Source: Chiloscyllium plagiosum (taxonomy: Eukaryota). Taken from it: DNA of 64,000 nucleotides. How positions within the stretch are numbered: the first letter of the stretch is position 1; the number at the start of each line of letters is the position of its first letter. The stretch is taken from the NCBI RefSeq assembly GCF_004010195.1, contig NC_057718.1, positions 19,405,905 to 19,469,904 on the forward strand, given 5' to 3'. This document shows, piece by piece, positions 14,082 to 27,734 of this stretch. Below the pieces are notes generated by a model that saw only the letters and a list, made by a program, of their open reading frames with translations, was not told the DNA's origin and did no database searches. Both the position numbers and the translations under genes were made by a program.

Positions 14082-16669
14082 TCTTGTAACTATTTCAGAA
14101 TTGTGTAAAGCACCAACAAGATTCAATACAAACTCGCTGAAGCACTTTTGACCAGAAAGGTTAAAAATGTCTGTGCATCATCTGCATAGAGGGGTCTTCA
14201 TGCACTGAAGAATCACAGAACCATTACGGTGTCGGAGGCCATTCAGCCCATTGTGTCTGTATCAGCTCTCTAAATCATCATTTCCCTTAGGACTATTCTC
14301 CTTCCAATTCCCACCCTCTGCTTATTGTTCCTTTTAAAATGACAGCTTGATCAACTTGTGGATGCCTTAACTCAATCTACCTCTATCCTTCTCTGAGGCA
14401 GTACAAGCCAGCCTCCAACTACTCGTTACGTGAAAAAAGCTTCTTCTCATCTTGTTTTCTTTTTAGTTTAAATCAGTGCCCTCTCGCTCCTGGTCCTTTC
14501 ATGACTGGGAACAGTTTCTCTGTATTGTTGCTGTGCAGACCCATGATGATTTTGAAGACTTCTACCATGACTTTTCGCAAGCTTCTCTTCCCCAAGGTAA
14601 AGAACCACAACTTCTCCCTCCATGACCATTTGCTTCAGGCTCCCCATGTGGGAATGTAAGGAGGGAGCCAGGCCGGACACTTGCCGAACAAGGCTGGCAA
14701 AACAACCTTTCTGGAGCTAGCCTTCTGATTGGCAGCCTGTGAGCTCACCACCCAATTAAGAGCCTTCAGTGAATCTAAAACAGAAATTACTGGAGAAACT
14801 CAGCAGGTCTCGCAGCATTTGTAGAGAGATGGAGCCTGGGGCAAGGGAAAGACAGTGAGGCAAACAAAGGGATGGATGATGGTAAGTTGGAGTATCCATC
14901 CCTACTTTAGCCTAACGGTCTCTCTTCTCCCTCTGGGCTCATCTCCCCCTATTGCTCAATCCTTTACTACCCCTGTCTTCATACATACCACCTTTTCTGA
15001 GCTATTACTAGTTCTGAAGAAGGGACACTGGATCTTAAATGTTTAACTCTGCTTTCTCTCCACAGATGCTGCTAGACCTGCCACGTTTCTCCAGCCATTT
15101 CTGTTTCGGTTTCAGGTTTCCGGCCTAGGCAGATCTTTGACAGGCTCTTGACATCACCCACCAGCCTCAACAGGTTCAGGAGGCCAGCCAGAGTGGCTGG
15201 TGCTGCAGAGGTATGGAGAGGATCATAAGGGCACCACAACACAGGCACTCTCATTGACCTGAACAGCAGAAATCAAACTAATAGGATCCAGCCTGGTTAG
15301 GACCTTACAATTGGCAAGAACATGTCTTCACTCTTGTGACTTGGAGTCTCCAGCTCCAGCGTTCTCCCCAACCCTGTCGGCGACAGCAACACAGACTCCA
15401 CGAAGAGGAGGGGCTCTCCAATGCCCAGGTAATGACCACAAGCTCAAATCTGCTGGATCTATCCAGCCAGTTGGGAATGACATCACCCAGGGATAGGGAT
15501 GGTGATGGTAGTGTCTGGGACATTCTCTGTAAGGTCTGATCCTATGAGAATGACTACGTCAGGTTGTTGCTTCACCTCTCTGTGGGATAGCTCACCCAAC
15601 AAGCCTCCAGATGTCAGTAAAGAGAGTTTGATAGGACTGCGTTGGCCATTGTCATTTCTGCTGGTTTGGCCAGTTCCATGGCTTGCTCAGCCATTTCAGA
15701 AGGCAGCAGATCAGAGTCTACCACCTTTCTGTGGGTCTGGAGTCACGGTGCAGGCCAGACGTTGGTGGCAGGTTTCCTTCTCTAAGGGGCATTAGTGGAA
15801 CCATATGGTTTTTATAACCAGAAAAAACTACCTTTTACGTCCCGAATTGAAGTCAAATATCACCATCTGCCATGGTAGGATTCAAAACCAGGTCCCCAGA
15901 ATATTACCTGTGTCTCTATATTAATACTGCAGTGATAATACCACTCGGCTGTCACCTGTCATGTTGTTCTCGTTCTTTGTCAGTCAATATTTCTCCCCAG
16001 TTTTCCTCCCTTGTCATCACTTTGGCACGGAGGTGACTGAGGTTAGAGGCTCCCACCTTGGCAGCGTTTAATACTCTCACCAAAGGGCTGCTGATCATCA
16101 GTGAGGCGAGTAACCACTGTCAGACTGTGACACAGATGACCTCCTGCACACAGATAACTGCTCACTCTGCACCAAGTGTGCAAGTTACTCTCAGTCCCTT
16201 CAATACTGCAAAATGGAGACTCAGTCTGTCCTTGAATGTTATCAAAGAAAACTCATATAAACCCACGAGACTGGTCAGTGAAATACTCCACTCCCATGTG
16301 TTAAAGGTAAGATCTTGGAACATATTCAGCATTTCCCACACTTTGGTAGCCGCCTCTCCCAAGAAGTCGCCACTGTCGATGACATCCCAATGTCAGGTGC
16401 ACCAGCTCAGCCTCCACCACTCTTCCCCTACGACAGCAGTGAGTGTGTGACAGCTAAGAACTCTGCAAGTCAACAAAAGTCCCACATGTACCACCACAAT
16501 GACTGTGTAAGAGTGAAGTATAAGAACCCGAAAGAAACTCCCCCCAGAAAAGCCTGCTCCACCTCCCCCTGATTCAATGGGGAGATTGTTGTACAAACCC
16601 CACTAGCGTCTGAAACCAGCTCCACAAACAGTCAGAAAAGTCTCCTGAAACATCAGCTACAATCTGTGC

Positions 16670-17690
16670 CCAAATGGTTGAGAGAGGTGATGGTGAGCTA
16701 ACCTCTCAAATACTGCAGTGGTCTAAGGACACACACAGAGAGGGAATTCGAGCCACAGTGAAGGAACGGTGATTTATTTCCAAGTGAGGATAGTGTGTGG
16801 CTTCAAAGGAGACTTGCAGGTAGTGATGTTCCCATGTATCTGCTGCCCTTGCTTTTCTAAGTGGTAGAGGTCACCGATTTGTAAGGTGCTGTTGAACGAT
16901 CCTGGTGAGTTGTTACACTGTACCTTGTAGATGGTACATACTGCTACTGCACAGCATTAGCAGTAAAGGAAGTGAAGGTAATGGATGAGGTGTCAATCAG
17001 GCGGGCTGCTTTGCCTTGGATGGTTTCAAGCTTCTTAAGTGCACCCATCCAGACAGATAAAGAACATTCCATCGCACTGTGACTTGTACCTGTATTTGGT
17101 GGACAGTTACTGGAGAGTCAGGAGGTAAATTAATTACTGCAGGATTACTAGCCTCTGACCTGCTCATGTAGCTATTTATATGGTTGGTCCAGTTCAGCTT
17201 CTGGTCAATCCCAGGATGTTGATCGTGGGTGATTTAGTGATTATAATGCCATCGAATGTCATGGGTGATGGCTAGATTCTCTTTTGTTTGAGATGGCTAT
17301 TGCCTGGCACTTGCGTAATATGAATGTTACTTGACACTTAACAGACCAGGCCTGAAACTGTCCAGCTAATGCAGGATGTGGACACAGACTTCTTCAGTCT
17401 CTGAGGAACCGAGAATGATGCTAAATATTGTCCAATTATTGGCAAACATCCCCACATTGGGTGTTATGATGGGGGCGGGGGGGGTAGAAGGTCATTAATG
17501 CAGCAGCTGAAGGTGGGTGGGCTGAACACACATCCTTTCCACTGCTCCTGCAGTGATGCCCTGTGACTGAGATGATTGACCTCCAACATTCACAACCACC
17601 CAGCTTTGTGCCAAGCATGACTTCAATCAGCGGAGAGCTTTTCCCCTGATCCCCGTTCACGCCAGTTTTGCTAGGGCTTCTTGATGGAGC
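16670..17690 (-). mobile_element. Old CR1/L2-clade LINE 3' remnant
   Basis: Reverse complement resembles the repeats at 56660-57335 and 19500-20170 (e.g. CAGTGAAGGAACGGTGAT...TTCCAAGT, GATGTTCCCATGTATCTGCTGCCCTTG). Confidence 0.65.
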
Positions 17691-18904
17691 AAAAGTGTGG
17701 AAAATCTGTCTTTATTTTCACAAAGGGCTTAATCTGGACCGTGAAACTCAGTCAGCTACCAGATAAATCTAGCAATGAGCTAATCAAAAATGAGAAGCAG
17801 CTGCTGTGAACTAAAATTGGTGCATTCTTTCCTCATGCAGAATTTAGCATGTATGATGCTGCATTTCCCAATTCATGGTCAATGAAAGAGCACACAGGCA
17901 TTTTTCAGAGAAAGCCACTTCATTACAAGATGAAGAGAGAAGGGGTGCAGTCAAGGTGCCACGATGGCATCTTAAGGTGTATGAGTGATGAGACTGTGTC
18001 AGTTTTGAATACCACCCAAACCCATTGAGTGTTCTACACCCTTGGAAACACAGCAAACCATTTTCTGCTCTATAATAAGCACACAACTTCTTCCATAGCC
18101 CCTTCCCTCACCAATAACTAAGGTTTCTGCTTACATTAGCTGCTTGACTTGAGACCTCCATCGCTCCTACCAGCTTTCCACTCAACCCGCCAAGTCTCAC
18201 TGGTTGGTTTCACATCGACGCAGAGGATGTTTGAAAGGGATTCCATAGGAAAATCAATACTGACTGGTTTGTCAAATGTTGTGCTCAATATCCAAACATT
18301 AGCAAGGCGCAGCTACAGGGCCAGGCAAATATAATCAAAAACAAAGCTCACAATTGAAAAAGAAAATAACACAAGGAAATTTTAGCTCATATCATGTAGC
18401 TTTGCAGCTTGTATATTCACTGAAGTTGGAGGTTATTGCAGTGTTAGTGATGAACATGCAGCAGAAGAAGTCACACAATAAGTGAAGCATATCGATGACT
18501 AAACGTACATCTAATGATTCAGGTAATGAAAGTGCTGAAAGCGGAGTATTTCATTGCTTTCCCAGAGGATCCTCACTTTATGGAGGAAATTCACTGCTCT
18601 CTGTAACCTTTCAAATGCTTTAAGTTGTTTCAGAGCTTTACAGGAACAATTAAATGCCAAGAAGAATTTATTCATACAGATTGTTGAAAGTCTGAAGAAC
18701 ATTTCATATTCACATGTTCTGCCAATTTTCTGTTTCGACTAAAATCTGCTTGAAAATGCCAAAAGAATCACAGAGGAGTACAGTGACAGTAGAGACTTGA
18801 TGGTCGAAGGGACTGTTCTCTGATGTATAATTCTATGGAGCTGATTTTTAATTTTTAACATTTTTACCAAGTTGCTGTGAATATGGAGAGAAAAAAGACT
18901 ATGT

Positions 18905-19200
18905 TTTGGGTTTGGAGGAGCCGGTGTTGGACTGGGGTGGACAAAGTTAAAAATCACACAACGCCAGGTTATAGTCCAACAGGTTTATTTGGAAGCACTA
19001 GCTTTTGCAGCACTGCTCCTTCATCGGGTGGTTGTGGAGTGTAAAATCATAAGGCACAGAATTTATAGCAAAGATTTACAACTGATGCAGCTGAAATTAT
19101 ATATTGTAAAATACCTGGACTGTTTGCTATCTCATCTTTTAGAATGACCATGTTAGTTTCTGTTCTTTCATATCCAAATCCCAGAACAATTTTTAAAATA
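18905..19200 (-). mobile_element. Penelope-type 3' fragment (second family)
   Basis: Contains CCAGGTTATAGTCCAACAGGTTTATTTGGAAGCACTAGC...CTCCTTCATC, the reverse complement of termini at 61520-61595 and 62700-62820. Confidence 0.65.
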
Positions 19201-19499
19201 GTTCTTCAGGGGAGCATTGCCAAAGACCTACTGAGTTTCTCCAGCAATTTCTGTTTTGTTTGAGATTTGCATCTGCAGTTCTTTGTTTTATTATATAATT
19301 GGAGTGTGCTGTCTGGAGGAATGGTGAAAGCAGATTTGAGTGTAACTTCCAAATGGAAATCGGAAATACAGTTGAGAAGGAAAACATTGTAGATTTATCG
19401 GGAAAGAGCAAGAGAATTGGACTAATCTTTCCAAGAGCTGGCAAATAATCTCTATTTAGAGAGAAGCTAACCATCTCCCCTTGCAGTCAACAGTCTGAT

Positions 19500-20170
19500 C
19501 CTTAATAGATTCCCTCCCATTAACATCCAGGAGGTGTACCACTGACCAATAACTGAAGAGGACCAGCCAGTGACTACAGGAGCTGTTCAGAGGCTGGGAA
19601 TAATTCACCCTCTGATTCCTCAAGTCCTGTCCAGCATCTAAAATGCACACATTAGGAGTGTAATGGAACACTTCCCACTTGTCTGGATGGGTGCAGCTCC
19701 AACAATACTCAAGGGGCTTGGCATCATCCAAGGTAAAGCAGCCCATTTGATCAGTAATGTTTCACATTTATTGTCTCCAACACTAGTGCAGAATGGTTAC
19801 AGTGTGCACCCACTGATGGATAGACTATAGCAACCTGCCAAGATTCCTTCAGCACCTTCTAAAACCCACATCCCTAACCCCTAGAGAAACAACAGCGTTA
19901 GACACAGGGGAACAAGCTCTCCAAGTCACACACCATTCTGACTCGGCACTATATCACCAATCCTCAACTGTTACATGGACAAATTCATGCAAGTCTCCCC
20001 TAACAGCACTCTCTGTGTCCCTACAGCACATGGACTACTTTTATCCATTCATCGAAGGTGTTGCCACTGGCTAGGCTAACATATATTGCCCATTGGAGCG
20101 GCTGAAGTAGGCGGTTCACAACCCACCATCTTCTCAAGGGCAGTCACAGATGGGTAATAAATGGCAGTTT
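19500..20170 (+). mobile_element. Old CR1/L2-clade LINE 3' remnant
   Basis: Shares CTGGATGGGTGCAGCTCCAACAA and CTTCTCAAGGGCA with 56660-57335. Confidence 0.65.
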
Positions 20171-20197
20171 TGACTGAACTGCTTACAGCTCAAGAAT

Positions 20198-20500
20198 GAG
20201 CACAGTGGCTCAGTGGCTAGCACTGTTGTCTCACAGCGCCAGGGACCCAGGTTCGATTCCAGCCTTGGGTGACTGTCTGCGTGGAGTTTGCACATTCTCC
20301 CTGTGTCTGTGTGGGTTTGCTCTGGTTTCCTCTAACAGTCCAAAGATGTGTAGGTTAGGTGAATTAGAGGTGCTAAATTGTCCATAGTGTTCAGGGATGT
20401 GTAGGATAGGGGAATGGGTCTGGGTGGGCTACTCTTCAGAGGGTTGATGTGGACTTGTTGGGCCAAAAGATCTATTTCCACACTGTAGGGATTCTATGAT
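20198..20500 (+). mobile_element. tRNA-derived SINE (HE1/V-SINE-like)
   Basis: GTGGCTCAGTGGCTAGCAC...GGTTCGATTCC head, core and tail as in the other copies. Confidence 0.85.
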
Positions 20501-20699
20501 AAGAATGATTTTTTTTTAAATCCCTAACTTTCCCCCTCAATCTTTTATCACTGTGTCCTCTGGTCTGACAGCTCCCTGCCAGTAGAACAAGTTTCTCCCG
20601 ATCTACTCTATCAAAAGGCTTCATGATTTTGAAAACATCGATTAAATCTTGAGTTGGCAGATCGTGGCTTGCTGGAGTGCTGGACGGGTCATTGGGAGA

Positions 20700-21570
20700 G
20701 ACTCAGCTATTCATAATTGCCCAGTAATGACTTGCACATAGAGGCAGAGTGATGGATGTAAATTTGCTGATGATTCAAAGCTAGGTGGGAACTTCAGGTG
20801 TAAGGAGGACACAGACTGCAAAGAAATGAAGACAGGTTAAGTGATACAAGATGGCAAATGGAGCACAACATGGGGAAGTGTGGGCTTATTCATTTTGATC
20901 GTAATAAGAGAAAACAGAATAATTGTAAAAGGCTTGAAACTTGTAAAAGCTGATGTTCAGAGAGACTTGGGTTTCCTCATAAAAGAAGTGCACATCTTGC
21001 AGGTGCAGTGAGTAAATAGAAAGGCAGGTGGATTGGAGTACATAAATAAAGAAGCCTTGCTATAATTGTACAGGACCTATCTATAATACTGTGCAATACT
21101 GGTCTCCATATTGGAAGAATGATATACTTGCAATGAAACAAATGACACAAGGTTCACTAGATTGGTCCTTGAGCTGACAGGGCTATCCTGTGACAAAAGG
21201 CTGAATAAATTGGGTTTATGTCCTCTAGAGTTTAGAGGAATGAGAGGGAATCTCATTGAAACATTCCAAATGCAGAAGGAACTGAGAAATGGTAGATATT
21301 GAGGGATTGTTGCCGGTGGCTGTCGAACAGTCTCAGGACAAGGGAATGATCATTTAGGAATGAGATAAGCAGAGATTCTTTCAGTCAAAAGCTTGTGATC
21401 ATTTAGTGTGGTGGGTGCTCCATCGTTCTATATATTTAAGACTGGGGTCGACAGACATTTGATCTCTTGGGGAGTTGGGAACATCAGGAAAGTAGAGTTG
21501 AAACCCAATATCAGCCACGATCATACTGAACAGCACAGCAGGGTCAACAGGCCTGCTCTCAGCCCTTGTG
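20700..21570 (+). mobile_element. Degenerate CR1 LINE 3' portion
   Basis: AAATTTGCTGATGAT (KFADD, RT active-site variant) at ~20761, followed by CR1-like ORF2 C-terminal sequence; heavily decayed. Confidence 0.75.
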
Positions 21571-22892
21571 GTTTCCAGTGCAAGAGCCCATTACAACCTG
21601 GGGTACAAGTCAGCTCCCCAGCTTTCTTTACATTATTAATGACGACAGAAGCAGCAGCAGACACTCTGGTCCCAGCACTGCGACTGACAATGGGTCTGTT
21701 GCCGATTGGAATATATACATAGCTGGAGTCTTTGTACAGGCTAATCCAACAATGTCACTCAAAACCTGGACCAGTATTATCACGCAGCAACGTGATATAA
21801 TATAAAAGCAGGGTAATGGAACTAAATTGTAGCACTTTCAGAGAGTCAGCTGAGAAACCTAAATGCCTCTTTCCACACTGTTATTATATCCCAAGCCTAA
21901 AAAGGCTGTTGAAGAATGAATGCCCATTGAAATTCATGAGCATCTTCTACATGTGTGAAAGATTACTGAAACCAGATCTCCCTGTCCTTCCCAGTGTGGC
22001 ATCTAGCCAGGTAAGTGCAGGATCCGCAAGCATTAAGTACTGTGCTTTGGGTTAAACGTTTCAAATTTACCCTTGTCTCACAAGTGACCCCTCGTGTTTA
22101 CTGCTGGGGGTGACTGTTCCTCCCTGTAAACGTTACTCAGGTGCTGGGGCTCCAATTCCTGACCGTGAGGCATGTAATGAAATGAATGTTACGGTCGCTG
22201 CGACTTTCAATGTTCCAAACTTTCCAGATGCACTGGCTCAGTGCATCAGCTGCGAATCGATACAACAACAATGCAACCATTCCTGGATTAGACAAGATGC
22301 ATAATCTCACTTGGAAAGGACGATAAAACCAAGAGGCAAGTCCCTGCTTCTCATATGAACACAGCTAGGTTTTGTGTTTGCAGGGAGCACAGAAATCAGA
22401 AAACTGCAATGAGACCTTACTTTGAGGAAATACCTAATTGTCCACGGTCTAGTTATTAGTCAGTTTAAGCCTTTTTAATTAAAAGATCATGCTTGCAGAC
22501 TGAGCTGAACCAGGGCACAGCCAGTCTGTGAACTTTCCAGTCGGTGCACAGTGCTGAGATTTACTCTCAGACAACCAGCAGATGGATTTTTTTTTAAAAG
22601 AGACAGCTCTAAGTTCTGCTGTGCAGACCGATTTACAGAATGTTGCTGAGGTGTTTCAATCACTGAGCCTTTCTGCCCGATTCTGCAATGCCAGCTGAAG
22701 ACAACTCACTGAGAGTGTACCGCTGGTTACAATGGCCCTGTACTTTGTCTTCGTGGCCAGGGTCTGAAGGGATACCTTTTACACTCTTAAAGGCTGAGTT
22801 GCATTCCAATCGCATTTTCCTGCTCCTCGGATGCTGCCTGACCTGCTGTGTTTTTCCAGTACCACTCTAAACTAGATGGTGATCCATTTATG

Positions 22893-23072
22893 AGGAGAAA
22901 GTGAGGACTGCAGATGCTGGAGATCAGAGCTTAAAAATGTGTTGCTGGAAAAGCGCAGCAGGTCAGGTAGCATCAAAGGAACAGGAGAATCGACGTTTCG
23001 GGCATAAGCCCTTCTTCAGGAATCCCATTCCAAGGGCTTAAGCCCGAAATGTCGATTCTCCTGTTCCTTTGG
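22893..23072. mobile_element. Short Penelope-derived fold-back insert flanked by a direct repeat
   Basis: GAGAAAGTGAGGACTGCAGATGCTGG... segment plus a partial inverted copy; GGTGATCCATTTATG occurs on both sides (~22878 and ~23071). Confidence 0.7.
22992..23019 (-). ncRNA. Minimal hammerhead ribozyme motif (Penelope-type), sense to the LTBP1 pre-mRNA
   Basis: Minus strand reads CUGAAGA-A-GGGC-UUAU-GCCC-GAAA-C-GUC: intact CUGANGA and GAAA boxes, 4-bp stem II, GUC cleavage triplet. Confidence 0.7.
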
Positions 23073-23289
23073 TGATCCATTTATGCCTACTCTCAGCTTC
23101 CTGATAGCTAGCCAAGCCTTTTAGCATGGTGAGCTTTTATTTTATGCAATAACTTTTGATGTGGCACCTTATGAAGTGCTTTCTGAAAATCTAACCACAG
23201 GACAATCGCTCCCTCCCCTTCATTCACAGCACATTCACTTCCCCAAAGAACTCCAATAATTTGCTTCCACTTGATTTCCCGATCACACA

Positions 23290-24362
23290 GAGTCAATAAA
23301 GTGGGGCGCTGGAAAAGCACAGCAGACCAGGCAGCATCCAAGGAGCAGGAGAATCGACATTTCAGGTTTAACGTTTCATCAGGGCTAGGGAGGGGAAGGC
23401 AGCTGAGAAAGAAATAGGGGAGAGGGGATGGGGCCGGGGGGAATGTAGGTGGCACTAGGTGGGCGAAGGTAGGAGGAGATTGTGATAGGTCGGTTGGGAG
23501 GGTGCAGCGGATTGGTGGGAAGGAAGATGGACAGGTAAGTCAGGTCAAGAGGGCAGAGCTGGGTCCGAGAGTTGGATCTGGGATGGGTGGGTGGATGGGA
23601 GATTTAGAAACTGGTGAATTCTCCTGCCACTAAGAGGTGCAAAACCTGATCCCACACCTCCCCTTTCACCTCCATCCAAGGCCCCAAAGGATCATTCCAA
23701 ATCCGGCAGAGATTTATTCGCGTGTCCTCAAACCTCATTTACTGCATCCGTCTCCTCTACATCAGAGAGACTGAGCGCAAACTCGCGGAATGGATCAGGG
23801 AACATCTCTGGTCCGCACGCACCAACCAACCCCACTTTCCTGTAGCCATCCATTTCAACTCCCCCTCCCATGCCGCCCCCCCCCCCCCCCATGCCATGTC
23901 CACTCTGACCCTCCTCCACTGCCTCCACAAACTGGAGGAAGAATACCTCATCTTCTGCCTCGGGAGTCTACAACCATACAACCTCAACTTTGATTTTACT
24001 TGTTTCCAAATCTCCCCACCCATCCCCCAACTCATCCCAGATCCAACCTTCTGACTCAGTTCTGCCCTCTTGACCTGACCTACCTGTCGATCTTCCTTCC
24101 CACCAATCCGCTGCACCCTCCCAACCGACCTATCACAATCTCCTCCTGCCTGCATCCATCTATCGCTGTCCCAACTACCTTTCCCCCAGCCCACCTCCCT
24201 CTCTTCCTATTTATTTCTCAGCCACCTTCCCCTCTCCAGTCCTGATGAAGGGTCCTGCCCAACTCACCTGCTCCTCAGATGCTGCCTGACCTCCTGTGCT
24301 TTTTCTAGCACCACACTTTATCTGTTCTGACTTCTCCAGCATCTGCAATCCTCACTATCTAC
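23290..24362 (+). mobile_element. Penelope-like element: GIY-YIG endonuclease remnant plus upstream inverted 3' repeat
   Basis: ORF 23722-24054 reads NLIYCIR..LYIRETERKLAEWIREHL...HFPVAIHFNSPSH (GIY-YIG-like). 23290-23620 is the reverse complement of ~24000-24330. Inserted in a minus-strand CR1 remnant (LDFQKALHKVPHQKLLHKIKAH at ~23110-23280). Confidence 0.8.
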
Positions 24363-26116
24363 TATTCCCTTTCACACAACCATTTTGATTCTACCAATCA
24401 TCTTGAACTTTGCTAAGTACACTGCTATAAGATCTTTAATAAAAACGACTAACATTTTTCCCTGTGACAGATGCTAAGCTAACTGGCCTGTAGTTTCTCT
24501 GCTTCCCCATCTCCATTCCTTTCCGAATAATGGGGTACACTCACTATTCTCTAATTTGGTGGAATCTTCCCTGAATCTCATGACCCATTTCTTTTCAGAC
24601 TCAACACTCAGCCCCCAGCTCAACAATTTGCTCAGTATGAGTCAAAAAAACTACAGATGCTGGAATCCAAGGTAGACAGGCAGGAGGCTGGAAGAACCCA
24701 GCAAGCCAGGCAGCATCCAGAGGTGGGTAAGTCAATGTTTCGGGTATTAACCCTTCTTTGGGACTCCCAAATTTGCTCGGCACTGCTTCCCTGGTGGTTG
24801 TAATTTCCTGCAATTTCTCCCTTCTTTCCAATTCTGGAATTATAACTATTCTGGGATGTCACTTATGGTGATACATCTCCGATGAAGACTGATGCAAAAT
24901 ATCTATCCAGTTCATCGATCATCTATTGTTTTCCTTTATTCATTCCCCATTTTCTACTGGATGAGTGCTCCCTTTGTAAACTCTTTTTAAAAAAATATTC
25001 ATAGATACTCTTACTATCTTTTGATTTAGTATTTTTAGCCAGGTCTCTCATGGTGGGGTTTTCTGTCCTTATTAATTGTATAGTCTGCACACTCACCTGA
25101 CCTCAACGTCCCTTTCTAAACTAGCACATATAAGCCTGTCTACACACAATAGGCATAACCTCAACTTGGCCAGAGATACGAGACAGATAGCAGCAAATCA
25201 GTGACCCACATTACAACCCACTCGATGCAGAAGACCACTGAGTGAGCTGTCTAACAAGCTGTCAATCATTACCACCCCAAAGATGACATTTTTGCCAGTA
25301 TTCTAAATGGGGTCTGACCATCTCTTCCACCTCTGGCACCTGTAGCTTAGAACCTCTTTCCCCAACTATCACTAAGCCACTTTTTTACATGAAAGACATC
25401 ATGGAAGCTATTGTCTCTGAAGAACCGCTTGATTGGATTTGCAATCACTGGGGATTTAAGTTACTTGAATACAAATTATAGAAGCATATTATGGCCTACG
25501 TATTAAATAATTAATACACGCCCTTTCCTATATATGCTTACAGCATTTTATTTTACTGAGACCTTTTCCTATTCTGTTTCACATCGCTCCTGAGTTCATG
25601 CCTCCCTTCATTAAAGTTCAACTCCTCGAAAATATGACATATTTAATTTGACTGCTGAAATTTCTTGCCCATCGGTTAAATGTTTTATAGGGGGAGAAAT
25701 ATGTCCTGACAAAATACATTTTTTCAGATGCGAGGTTGCATAGTTACACATAAGGTGTACTTTATGAAAGAGAGGGAGAACGTCTGTGTGCATTTTAGCT
25801 AAAGATGAAGTCAACTGCTAACAGACTGAGGTTTAAAAATCTAAATTCACCCCCGGGTTTTGGGTTTGACGTGTGGAATCATTATTTCACGGGAACGTCG
25901 CCTGATGTCGAGTGAACCTCAGTTTCTCAACAGCAGCAGCAGTGTGACAGACGTGAGAGAAATCATCTAAAGACAGACTTGTTCTCCTGTCTCTGAGGTA
26001 TTTTCACTGTTGAAAACAACAGGCTCCAGTGAAGTGAGCCTTTGAAATGGCAGTCACTGCTTACATAAAGGCATGGCTGTGAAATCTTTTGAATGAAGAG
26101 CTCTTAATGTACTTAC

Positions 26117-26194
26117 CCTGACAATGTGTTGCATTAATCTGCTTGTAACCCACGGGACACTCCACCAATTGTCCATTCCCTCGAATGGGGAAAG
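26117..26194 (-). CDS. LTBP1: LTBP1 internal coding exon (78 bp): end of hybrid domain
   Basis: Not in the ORF track; read directly. Acceptor tttcag|CT TTC CCC; donor TGT CAG G|gtaagt. Translates (S)FPIRGNGQLVECPVGYKQINATHCQ(D). Phase 1/1 bridges the 103-bp and 123-bp exons exactly. Confidence 0.92.
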
Positions 26195-26904
26195 CTGAAA
26201 TTGAACAAAAACAGATCATTCACAATTATTGGTTACCTATATCTGTGCATTATCAAAACATTGATGGTGATGGCTGAGGGGAGGGAGGGTGGCAGGTGGC
26301 GGTGAGAAATAGATACCATGACATTAAAAAAATTCAATAAAATAGCAGGAACACTAGGACAATAAACACCTCAAATAACGGAGAACATTACTGTTTCGCA
26401 TCATAAACAGATACAATCCCTTCCTGAACACGCAGCAAGTAACAGTCTTTCTCGTGCACTAGAGTCATCTGCATTAAATAAGCTACTGCTTGCCAGACAA
26501 CCATTTTAATATGGATGTGCGTGGGACTGCTCTCCCACTGCTTCAGATCAACTGTTCAATGTGAGTGACTCAGAAGATGTTGCTAACTAATTAGACAGCA
26601 CAGCAAATGCTCAAAACTGAGCGCTGCTACACATACTGGCTATGAGTGAAAATCATCCAAGGGTTATCCTATATAGAAGATAATTTCTTGTCACATGTAC
26701 TCAAACGAGTACAATGAAAACTTCCAGTGCCATCTTAGGTACAAGGTACCTAGGTACAGAGTCCTAAGGACAAAAACATTGAAAAATAGAGAAACAAAAA
26801 TCAGGCATTACAGATCATTGTAATAACTTCAAAGCAGAATGGAATAGAAAGTTCAGAATGACAGTCCTTCCATACCTGTCCACACAAGCACCTAGATCCC
26901 AAAC

Positions 26905-27235
26905 AGCACACAGACTCCAGCCTGCACCCACACCCCAGCCTGCATCTCATCCCCAGTCTGCACCCACATCCAGTCTGCACCCACACTCCAGCCTGCACCC
27001 ACACCCCAGTCTGCACCCACACCCCAGCCTGCACCCACACACCAGTCTGTACCTCATCCCCAGCCTGCCCCCACACCCCAGTCTGCACCTTGACTCCAGC
27101 CTGCCCCCACAACCCAGTCAGCACCCACACCCCAGTCTGCTGCTCGACCCCAGTGTGCACCCACACCCCAGTTTTCCCCTCGACCCCAGTCTGCACCCTA
27201 ACCCCAGTCTGCAGCCTGACCTCAGTCGCACCCAA
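26905..27235. repeat. Minisatellite A, 18-bp unit (CCAGTCTGCACCCACACC)
   Basis: Tandem 18-mers giving the HPHPSL / GVWVQT hexapeptide periodicity in the ORF track. Confidence 0.9.
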
Positions 27236-27289
27236 ACCCCAAGCTGTGCCAGGCTTCAGCTCAAGGTCTCATCGTGAGGCTGGATGTCC

Positions 27290-27615
27290 TTGCCAGGCTG
27301 CTGAGAGACCATCATTCTGGGCCCGCTGAGAGACTGTCATTCCAGGGCCGATGATGGACCATCATTCCGGGGCCACTCGTAGGCCACCATTCCAGGCCCG
27401 GTGAGAGGCCACCATTCCAGGCCCAATGATGGTCCGCCATTCCAGGCCCACTGGGAGACCGCCATTCCGGGCCCACTGAGAGACCGCCATTCCGAGCCCA
27501 CTGGGAGACCAATCATTCCGGACCCACTGGGAGACCAATCATTCCAGGCCCACTGGTGGACCGCCATTCCGGGCTTACTGAGAGGCTACCATTACAGGCT
27601 GCTGACAGACTGCCA
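27290..27615. repeat. Minisatellite B, 25-26-bp unit (CCATTCCGGGCCCACTGGGAGACCG)
   Basis: About a dozen diverged tandem copies visible directly. Confidence 0.85.
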
Positions 27616-27734
27616 GGCTGGACCAAGAGATCACTACATCAAGTCTGTGCTGAGGCTGAGAATTTAGGTCTGTGCGAGGCCAGGAGTCTGAATTCATGCT
27701 GAGGCTGGGAGTCCAAGTCCAGGAGTCCTAGACC

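Noticed and set aside
13646..14126. His/Thr-rich ORFs here and at 60929-61247, and Leu/Ser-rich ORFs at 50978-51419
   Set aside because: Translations of (CA/TG)n and (CT/AG)n low-complexity tracts.
26801..27277. His/Pro-rich (HPHPSL)n and (GVWVQT)n ORFs
   Set aside because: Translation of the 18-bp minisatellite.
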